A stretch of 53,173 nucleotides of DNA from a virus. Its lineage: Duplodnaviria > Caudoviricetes. Shown piece by piece: positions 36,042 through 42,884 of this stretch. The DNA is taken from the IMG/VR virus record IMGVR_UViG_3300005077_000024, positions 1 through 53,173 of that record; one strand, 5' to 3'. Made by a program: the position numbers and the translations under genes. The notes under the pieces are model-generated. The model searched no databases. It saw only the letters and a program-made list of their open reading frames with translations, and was not told the origin of the DNA. How positions within the stretch are numbered: the stretch's first letter is position 1; the number at the start of each line of letters is the position of its first letter.

Positions 36042-36273
36042 CAACAGCCTCCTCCGCAGCTTTCGAGAGAGCATCCACTAGGTCCATAGCACTGGCCACA
36101 GCCATGAAGGCCTTTACCGTAGAGCCTTGGGCTGTGAAGGACACCCGGATTGGGGTGCTATCCCTTGCCGGGCAGTCCCAGTCAACCACTATAGACTCCT
36201 CTGGAGAGAACACGAACCGGACGGTCTTGCCAGCAACCTGACTAACCACCGCTCCCCTCCAACGCCAGCCCAA
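35995..36273 (-). CDS. Hypothetical protein (start probably near 36249)
   Basis: ORF within the operon; GGAGGGG RBS near an internal GTG. Confidence 0.5.
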   Translation of the reverse strand: MGWRWRGAVVSQVAGKTVRFVFSPEESIVVDWDCPARDSTPIRVSFTAQGSTVKAFMAVASAMDLVDALSKAAEEAVDVGCPVSAPVVHEPS

Positions 36274-36460
36274 ACAAGACCACGATGAGAGTGACCATGA
36301 GGCCCAAGATCAGAAGCCCTTTGCCTAATGGTATAGTCCCAGTCACCAGCCCCTTGAGCATCCACCACAGCGGAACCAGCAGAGCGAGAGCAGGAAGCCC
36401 CACACAGACCATCCGCTGTGTCGGGAGGAAGACTTCACCTGCGAGCACTGGAAGGTTCAT
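36242..36460 (-). CDS. Two-TM small membrane protein
   Basis: Two hydrophobic stretches; packed operon. Confidence 0.55.
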   Translation of the reverse strand: MNLPVLAGEVFLPTQRMVCVGLPALALLVPLWWMLKGLVTGTIPLGKGLLILGLMVTLIVVLFGLALEGSGG

Positions 36461-36462
36461 CG

Positions 36463-36570
36463 TCAGCAGCCTGCCAGAGCCAGGACAGTCACAACCACAG
36501 CGAACCCGAGAAACACAAAAACGTGGGCCCGTGCACAGTTGTAGTGAAACTGCGGATCAACGATCTTCAT
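36463..36570 (-). CDS. Small membrane protein (35 aa)
   Basis: ATG 36570 with AGGAGGAGG RBS; hydrophobic C-terminus. Confidence 0.5.
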   Translation of the reverse strand: MKIVDPQFHYNCARAHVFVFLGFAVVVTVLALAGC

Positions 36571-36794
36571 TTGCCTCCTCCTACACGTATGAGGTACACC
36601 ACTGCACAGAACATCACAAACCCCACGGCAACACCCAGGGTCCCCAGGAGACCAGAACATGAGGATGCTCTGTCAGTCTCCTCGTCCGTCCGCGGCCGGG
36701 TCATCATGTGGTAGATAAAGGGGACACCGAAGACGAGCGTCACCATGACAGCCCCTACCAGGTATCCCAAGCGGTCTGGCTCCTCACCGTTCAT
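36567..36794 (-). CDS. Two-TM small membrane protein
   Basis: AAGGAGG RBS; two hydrophobic helices. Confidence 0.6.
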   Translation of the reverse strand: MNGEEPDRLGYLVGAVMVTLVFGVPFIYHMMTRPRTDEETDRASSCSGLLGTLGVAVGFVMFCAVVYLIRVGGGK

Positions 36795-37134
36795 GTAACA
36801 GCCTCCTTAACTCCGCTATGATATGGGAACCCAGTCTGTGAACTCTGTCTTTGAGGTACTCCCAGGTACCTTGTGTGACCCAGGTGGGTGGATGGTAGTA
36901 CGTGATGTGCATGTGTTCCGCCTTCTCGATCTTCCATACGAAGGCCATAGTAACGACCCGCTCCAGAGGGTCGGGCCCGTTCTGTAGGACGGTCGTCAGG
37001 TTAACCACGTGAGGCCCCTGGTTCAGGATGATAGGAAGTAGCTTCTCTCCGGCTTCTACCAGCAGCTTCCTCCTTGCATACTCCAGGGCTTCCAGATTGG
37101 TGTCTGCAAGGATGTACTTGGAGATGCGGCACAT
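36784..37134 (-). CDS. Hypothetical protein
   Basis: ORF in the operon; start chosen from the GGGGG RBS. Confidence 0.6.
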   Translation of the reverse strand: MCRISKYILADTNLEALEYARRKLLVEAGEKLLPIILNQGPHVVNLTTVLQNGPDPLERVVTMAFVWKIEKAEHMHITYYHPPTWVTQGTWEYLKDRVHRLGSHIIAELRRLLHER

Positions 37135-37144
37135 CACACCCCCT

Positions 37145-37618
37145 TCAGTCGCTGACATCGAGGGCCTCCACGAACGCATCGTACTCCTGCACGTCCTTCA
37201 TGACAAGGCTCAGGTCTACAGTCCAGTCGTGTAATCCATGGATTGCAGACATCAAGGCCGCATCGGCACAAGCATCCTCTGCTTCAGCCTCAGTCCACCC
37301 GTTGACTGTCTGCAGGTGCTCCAGCAACTCCACAGGGCGGAACTCGTTGGTGAGATAGGTCCCTATGTGAGTTGCGGCGTGGCATATGCGGCACAGCACC
37401 CGCAGAGCCATCAGGCGTTGCACGGGGGGAGACATTTTTGGGAACCACTCCCACTCCTCGTGAACTTCCAGGCCTTCCTCTGCCCCACAGCAGTCGCACT
37501 TGCTGTCTGCCGCCGCGAGCGCCTTTGCTCGCAGGTACGGCCAGACCGCCGGATAGGTTGTCCGGACGTTCTGTTTCTTTGTAGTCTTCGGTATAAGCTG
37601 AACCTTGATCTTGTTCAC
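37145..37618 (-). CDS. HNH endonuclease-like protein
   Basis: CDCCG...LEVHEEW...LRVLCRICHAATH. Confidence 0.85.
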   Translation of the reverse strand: MNKIKVQLIPKTTKKQNVRTTYPAVWPYLRAKALAAADSKCDCCGAEEGLEVHEEWEWFPKMSPPVQRLMALRVLCRICHAATHIGTYLTNEFRPVELLEHLQTVNGWTEAEAEDACADAALMSAIHGLHDWTVDLSLVMKDVQEYDAFVEALDVSD

Positions 37619-37691
37619 TCTACCTCCTGTTCAGACTAATGGCCCAGGCTAGTAGCCCGGCTATGACACACACCAACGCAAACAGCTCCAT

Positions 37692-37835
37692 CTATCCCTC
37701 TCTTACCTTCAGCACGGCGATGTAGCGCTGCTTGTGCTCCGGGCACTCGACCGGCCACGCACTCAGCGGGTAGACGATCTTGCACCCACACTTGTAGGTT
37801 ACTTCAACCAGAGGCTCAGGTGTAGATTGGGTCAA
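37692..37835 (-). CDS. 47-aa Cys/His mini-protein, paralog of 37816..37962
   Basis: Hand translation from TTG: MTQSTPEPLVEVTYKCGCKIVYPLSAWPVECPEHKQRYIAVLKVREG. Confidence 0.6.
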   Translation of the reverse strand: MTQSTPEPLVEVTYKCGCKIVYPLSAWPVECPEHKQRYIAVLKVREG

Positions 37836-37962
37836 CTGAGCTCACCCCCTCTCCGTGGGTAGCACACTTCAGGGGCCACCCCTTAGAGCCAGCTATGACC
37901 TGGGTGCATCCACACTTGTAGGTGACCTTTACTCCCTTCAGGGACTTCCTTTCCTGTGCCAT
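37816..37962 (-). CDS. 48-aa Cys/His mini-protein
   Basis: MAQERKSLKGVKVTYKCGCTQVIAGSKGWPLKCATHGEGVSSVDPIYT. Confidence 0.65.
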   Translation of the reverse strand: MAQERKSLKGVKVTYKCGCTQVIAGSKGWPLKCATHGEGVSSVDPIYT

Positions 37963-38102
37963 CAGAAGATCTCCGACAGGTCGATCACCACGTAGTCTGG
38001 TTCCATGTACTCGTCTGGTGGGACTGTCACAATGATCTGGCACAGAAAGAATGCACACAGGCCCAGGATCAGGATACACAGGTACATCTTTCCGAGGTTC
38101 AT
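37962..38102 (-). CDS. Small membrane protein (46 aa)
   Basis: AGGAG RBS; one TM helix then an acidic tail. Confidence 0.55.
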   Translation of the reverse strand: MNLGKMYLCILILGLCAFFLCQIIVTVPPDEYMEPDYVVIDLSEIF

Positions 38103-38212
38103 GAGAATTCTCCTGCTGTCTGGTTCTTGCACACCCGGCACCGCCATACACCCCGGAACAGTTCCCAGAGTGTCCGCCTCTTGCAGTACACGCAATACCG
38201 ATTGTCAAGCAT
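38099..38212 (-). CDS. 37-aa zinc-ribbon mini-protein
   Basis: MLDNRYCVYCKRRTLWELFRGVWRCRVCKNQTAGEFS; GGAGG RBS; coupled at both ends. Confidence 0.6.
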   Translation of the reverse strand: MLDNRYCVYCKRRTLWELFRGVWRCRVCKNQTAGEFS

Positions 38213-40736
38213 TCTCTACCTCCCTTAGACTGACCTCCTTGAGTGAGCCCCACCTAACCCCCATCTCTGCCTCCGCCTTCCACGGGATCTCAGGGTAGAT
38301 GCTCCGGCCAGTATCCTCTAGAGCCTTAGCCGCGATGTGAGCTGCCTGCCACTCCAGTCCAGGTGGTGCCTCCATAATGATACTGTCATGTACCGTGATG
38401 ACTGGATACACACCGATGCTCCTCAACTCATCCCCACAAGACGCTAGGGCCAGCATGGTAACGTCACTCGCCGCACCTTGTGTAGGGTAGTTGATAGATC
38501 CCTTCCGCACTGCGTCCGCGTTCTGGCTTAGCATGAGAGGGAAGTGGAACCTCCGACCGAGTCTCGACTCTAGGTAATGTTGTCTCTTTGCAATCTCCAG
38601 ACTCTCCTTTCTGTACTCGACCAAGCGCTTGAAGTCCGTGTTGAACCTACCTACTAACTCGCGAACTACGTGACGTGGTACCTGGAATACCTGGGCGCTG
38701 GACTGCTCACTCCCGCCATACATGTAGGAGAACACAAAGCGCTTTACATCATAGCGGTTCTGCTTGGTCCAGGTCTTACCAAACATCCGCTCGGTCACTG
38801 CCGTGTGGAAGTCCCGACCTTCACGGTATGCCTGCATCAGCAACTCATCCCCGGACATACAAGCTACCACACGCAGCTCCCACTGACTTCCATCTACTGC
38901 CACCATCATCCAGTCAGGGGGAACTACAAGACAGTCACGGATCATCTTGCCGTAGCCTGCCTCCTCACTATCATCCACATGTGGGATAGTCTGGATGGCT
39001 GGGTCGCGAGCACTCAAGCGGCCGGTCACGACACTGAACTGCAACCAGCGTGGGTGGACTCGGTAGGTGTCAGTCCCCTCATCGTAGCGAGCCATGGACT
39101 CCAGATTGAGGATGTACGATGAAAGCATCTTGGTAGTACGTCTGTATGCACGCAGAGTAGCTACCGCAGGGTGCATGTCCTTGATAGCATCAAGTGCTGC
39201 CTTAGCAGTCGACCTGGGTGTGAGCCCTGCGATAGTACACTTGGGTGCCTTCAGAATGTCATACACAAACTGGGAGCACTGCTGGGTGCTCCCTGGCTTA
39301 GTAATGACACCACCAGTCTCCTCAGCAATCTGGCCAGTAAGTGCGTCCGCCTCCTTGCGGAGTAGCGCCTTGGACTCACTCAGGAAGTCCATGTCTACGA
39401 CCACACCACGGTACTCCATCCTGGTGAGTTCATGGGCCACAGGGATACTCACACGCTTATAGAAGCGCTCGTACTGGCCTGTAGCCGTAAGAAGATCTCT
39501 GAACTGGAACGCTAGCATGAGGTTGTAGTGGAGGTCTTTGGCCAGGTAACTAACCAACTCCGCTCTGGGAATGGCACCGAAGTTCTGAGTCTTGGTCTTC
39601 AGCCAGCGCTTGTTAGCACTCTCGTAGTCTGGGGCGTCGAAGAAGAACGTTACCAACTCCTTCAGGTTCCGAGCCCAGTTCTCATCATAGACGTGAGAGG
39701 CTAAGATCGTATCCCATCCGAACTTCGGTGGCACCTTCAACTGGTACCACATGAATAGCGTGTCGAACTTCATATTGTGACCGCCGAGACGCTCACCATT
39801 GACTTCCACAAACTTGAGCAGCCACTCTCTGAACTCATCTGTGTAAACTAGCTCAGTCGGGACTACCCATGAGATAGTACCACACACACGGGCGTCACAA
39901 CCTACTACAGCAGGCACTCCTATACCTACTAGTAGTATGAGATCCCACATCCAGTCGACCTGACCTGTCTCCAGGTCTACCACCAAAAAATCCTGGCCCG
40001 TGAAGATCTCGGCGTCTGGGGCTGGCAGCTGGCTGACGCTAGTGATGACTTCTGGCTGGTTAACCTCAGGCCACTCCTTGACCCCACTACATGCCTTATG
40101 CACTCCATGCAAGAAGTGGCTTCCCTCCTTCAGTACATCGTCCGGCTTGGTACGTAGGATAGCAGCAGGATGTGGTATAGCCAGACAGTAAGGGTCCCCC
40201 TGGTGGAGCTCTAGTGCAGCCTGGGCCTCCTGGATCTGACTTCTCCGTATAGCCAAGAGTTCCAGGTCCTCAGGCTCTGGTGTAAGTCGGTAGTCTTCTA
40301 GTATTGCAGCATACCTCTCAACCAGAGGCTGCTGCCACTGGTACTGCATAGTTATGTATAAGGCGTCCTGTGCCATACGTCCCATAGCAATCCGTGGCAC
40401 GGCCCAGTATTTTTCTATCTCAGCATCCAGCCTGGGGCGGCAGCACTGCATAGCAATGTTGTACTGGTCCCATGGAAGAGCTTGATGTGGCCAGCAGGCT
40501 ACTGCGTTTGTCCAGAGCAGTTCCTCATCGTTGACCTTGCAAGCGCGCACGGCTGCGCGTATGAGTTTACCAGTAGGACCTACGAAAGGTCTGCCAAGTA
40601 CTGCCTCTGTCTGCCCAGGAGACTCACCTATCATCAACAGTTTGGGCTCCACCGACGGCACTGTCGGTGGAACACAAACGTTGAGGGTGCTTCTCAGAGG
40701 GCAGTGCTCACACTGTGCCCCAGGAAGTTTACCCAC
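38205..40736 (-). CDS. polA: Family A DNA polymerase with N-terminal family-4 uracil-DNA glycosylase domain and 3'-5' exonuclease
   Basis: UDG: CEHCPL, IGESPG, GRPFVG, TNAVAC, HPAAILR; exonuclease: DLET, GHNMKFD, YLAKD; polymerase: TGRLS, DGSQWELR, KRFVFSYMYG, QGAASD, TVHDS. Confidence 0.95.
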   Translation of the reverse strand: MGKLPGAQCEHCPLRSTLNVCVPPTVPSVEPKLLMIGESPGQTEAVLGRPFVGPTGKLIRAAVRACKVNDEELLWTNAVACWPHQALPWDQYNIAMQCCRPRLDAEIEKYWAVPRIAMGRMAQDALYITMQYQWQQPLVERYAAILEDYRLTPEPEDLELLAIRRSQIQEAQAALELHQGDPYCLAIPHPAAILRTKPDDVLKEGSHFLHGVHKACSGVKEWPEVNQPEVITSVSQLPAPDAEIFTGQDFLVVDLETGQVDWMWDLILLVGIGVPAVVGCDARVCGTISWVVPTELVYTDEFREWLLKFVEVNGERLGGHNMKFDTLFMWYQLKVPPKFGWDTILASHVYDENWARNLKELVTFFFDAPDYESANKRWLKTKTQNFGAIPRAELVSYLAKDLHYNLMLAFQFRDLLTATGQYERFYKRVSIPVAHELTRMEYRGVVVDMDFLSESKALLRKEADALTGQIAEETGGVITKPGSTQQCSQFVYDILKAPKCTIAGLTPRSTAKAALDAIKDMHPAVATLRAYRRTTKMLSSYILNLESMARYDEGTDTYRVHPRWLQFSVVTGRLSARDPAIQTIPHVDDSEEAGYGKMIRDCLVVPPDWMMVAVDGSQWELRVVACMSGDELLMQAYREGRDFHTAVTERMFGKTWTKQNRYDVKRFVFSYMYGGSEQSSAQVFQVPRHVVRELVGRFNTDFKRLVEYRKESLEIAKRQHYLESRLGRRFHFPLMLSQNADAVRKGSINYPTQGAASDVTMLALASCGDELRSIGVYPVITVHDSIIMEAPPGLEWQAAHIAAKALEDTGRSIYPEIPWKAEAEMGVRWGSLKEVSLREVENA

Positions 40737-41406
40737 AGTAGGACTCCAGTTCTCGGATGCACTCTAGCACCGGCAGATCGAACTGGGTGTCATAGTGCTC
40801 CAGGTCATGAACCATCTCTGGAGGTCTGACCTCCCAGGCCCGTCTGCCGTTCTCGACTGCCACGAAGGGCCACGCCGTGTCCACACTCCTGATAGTCGGA
40901 TAGCGCCGGGCCAGATACTTCAGCTCGAAGGCGTCCACGAACCCCAGCAGGTGGATCCGTGTGGCCGGTGGCAGAGCGTCGATGATGGTCGCTCTACTCA
41001 CCCGAGCGAACTTGCTCACCCCGATAGTCATTCCTGGCATGGCGTACTCGGCACCCTTCAGGTCGTGGACTACGTACATGTACCCTATCTGAGGCAGGTC
41101 TGGGTGGTGCAGGAACTCGATGGCCTGGTGGAGTGTGCCCATGGCGTTGCCGATGCGGTCGGGTAGCACCGCCTCGTTCGGACCCAGGCGGTGGATGGCC
41201 TCTCTCAACTGGTCGTGAGTGAGGCATTGGTTCTCAGCGGCACCGTTGTCCAGGATGATGTGGGCACCGTGATCCTGCTCTTGCTTGTAGAAGTCCACGT
41301 ACCAGTCATACTTCAGCACGAACTGGGCCAGCACCAGATGCACTGAGCGCCCAGCAACAAGAGGCAGTGCGGACTGAACTGCGGGTGGAATCACAGCGAG
41401 TTTCAT
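40729..41406 (-). CDS. Minimal TGT/DpdA-like transglycosylase (TIM barrel)
   Basis: IILDNGA, VLPD, IHLLG, IRSVDT motifs of the queuine tRNA-ribosyltransferase-like fold; adjacent to yhhQ and queF-like genes. Confidence 0.75.
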   Translation of the reverse strand: MKLAVIPPAVQSALPLVAGRSVHLVLAQFVLKYDWYVDFYKQEQDHGAHIILDNGAAENQCLTHDQLREAIHRLGPNEAVLPDRIGNAMGTLHQAIEFLHHPDLPQIGYMYVVHDLKGAEYAMPGMTIGVSKFARVSRATIIDALPPATRIHLLGFVDAFELKYLARRYPTIRSVDTAWPFVAVENGRRAWEVRPPEMVHDLEHYDTQFDLPVLECIRELESYCG

Positions 41407-41407
41407 G

Positions 41408-41857
41408 CTAGGCCCCTGGTCCGAGTTTCATGGGCAGCGGTTTCTGAACCGGAGTGTCAGAGTCTGGTCCCAGCACCTTGACCGGGGACTTCTCGTCTCC
41501 GGGTGGTGCCTCTCCTCCGTAGCCCAGAGCCTTGAGTACCCCTTGCAGATACGCTGCGTAGTTGATCAAGTCCGGTACTTCGTCAAGGATCTTGTCCACC
41601 AGGGTCTGGACGGAGTCTGGATCCTGGAAGTTCGTGAGGTCCGTCGTGGTGCTCAGCCGGTTGGCTCGGTCCTTCAGTTCGTCGATGAAGCGCAGGGGGA
41701 ACGCCCCACGGAGCCAGATCGGTACACTGCCTCGGTCGTACTTGTCGAACCCGCGGTGCGCCCGGATCCTTGCCTGCTCCAGTGCCTCATCATAGCCTGT
41801 CTCAAACTTCTTCTGTTCTCTCTCGAAGAGTGTGTGTTCTTCTTCTGACATCCACAT
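41408..41857 (-). CDS. Nucleotide-modification-associated domain 1 (Nmad1/DUF1599-like, all-alpha NTP-PPase fold)
   Basis: KY...KDRANRL...DEVPDLINYA signature; AAGGAG RBS before ATG 41857. Confidence 0.65.
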   Translation of the reverse strand: MWMSEEEHTLFEREQKKFETGYDEALEQARIRAHRGFDKYDRGSVPIWLRGAFPLRFIDELKDRANRLSTTTDLTNFQDPDSVQTLVDKILDEVPDLINYAAYLQGVLKALGYGGEAPPGDEKSPVKVLGPDSDTPVQKPLPMKLGPGA

Positions 41858-41898
41858 AGTAGTCTCCTTGGAGGCAGCACCCCATTGTGCTGCTGTAG

Positions 41899-42540
41899 TT
41901 AGTTGGCTGTGATCACAGATCCCTCTGCCTTCTTGAACCATCCAACAACTGCATACGTCAGAGGGGTGGCCGCGACCTCGTAGAGTATCTTGAACCCAGC
42001 CTGTGCGGCTATCATCCCAGGGATGACCTCCCACGGCACAGTTAGTGCAAACGCAGCGGTGATGAACACGATGCTGTCCAGGCCTTCCCCTACCACAGTT
42101 GAAGTAATGGTTCTGCTCCACAGCCACTTGCCACGGGTCCACCGCTTCATCAAGACCAGCACGTAGGCATTGGAGTGCATACCCACCAGATAACCACAGA
42201 AGGACGCGGCCAGCAGGCGTGGTGTGAACCCTAGCACAGTCTGGAATGCTTCTTGTCCGGTCCAGAACGGTGGGTAGTTCAGCTGGAGCGTAACCCAGAA
42301 GAAGAAGACGGCAAAGGCGTTCGCTGCAAAGCCGAGCCAGATCAACTTCTTGGTGCGCTCTATGCCATACACTTCAGGCACCACGTCTCCGATGATGTAC
42401 GTGATCGGGAAGAGCCACACGGCACTCGTCAGTACGATGCCGAATGGAGCCTCCCACAACTTGCCGGCGATGATGTTGCTCACAGTCAGCGCCATGCAGA
42501 ACAGGACCGCCAGGGGTGTGAAGTACTTCATGATACACAC
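41899..42540 (-). CDS. yhhQ: Queuosine-precursor (preQ0/preQ1) transporter, YhhQ/VUT family
   Basis: SNIIAGK, FPITYIIGDVVPEVYG, PRLLAASF, LWSRTITST..GEGLDS, KILYEVAATPLTY. Confidence 0.93.
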   Translation of the reverse strand: MCIMKYFTPLAVLFCMALTVSNIIAGKLWEAPFGIVLTSAVWLFPITYIIGDVVPEVYGIERTKKLIWLGFAANAFAVFFFWVTLQLNYPPFWTGQEAFQTVLGFTPRLLAASFCGYLVGMHSNAYVLVLMKRWTRGKWLWSRTITSTVVGEGLDSIVFITAAFALTVPWEVIPGMIAAQAGFKILYEVAATPLTYAVVGWFKKAEGSVITAN

Positions 42541-42884
42541 GTGGCCACAGTCGGTCCGTGAACCTCCGTGGCCGCCTCGACGGTCACCTGGACGGGAGCC
42601 CCCAGGCCCAGAGCGTCTACCACCTTGGTGAAGATGTCACTGCACAGACCCTCGATAGTGGTAGGCTGCAGGGACGCCACCTCTCGCAGGTAGGTGCGGA
42701 CTGATATCAACTCCAGCAGCAGGCTGACGGGGCGGTACCAGATGGTGACCTTGGCCTCGAACGGAGCGTTGCCGATGCTACACATCACGGTGACTGTATC
42801 AGTGTAAGACACTTCACTGACCACAGTCTCATTGTCAATCACTTTCACTAGTAGACCTCCAGTCTGTCTCTCGGTATTGGACAA
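42528..42884 (-). CDS. QueF-like T-fold protein with divergent active site
   Basis: C-x5-P...VTIWYRP...LELISVRTYL...IE...I...L...VTV matches the QueF/QueF-L layout; Cys kept, QueF motif degenerate. Confidence 0.7.
   Translation of the reverse strand: MSNTERQTGGLLVKVIDNETVVSEVSYTDTVTVMCSIGNAPFEAKVTIWYRPVSLLLELISVRTYLREVASLQPTTIEGLCSDIFTKVVDALGLGAPVQVTVEAATEVHGPTVATCVS

Noticed and set aside
41858-42142. N-terminal extension of the 41408..42142 ORF
   Set aside because: Overlaps yhhQ in another frame; a strong RBS supports the start at 41857
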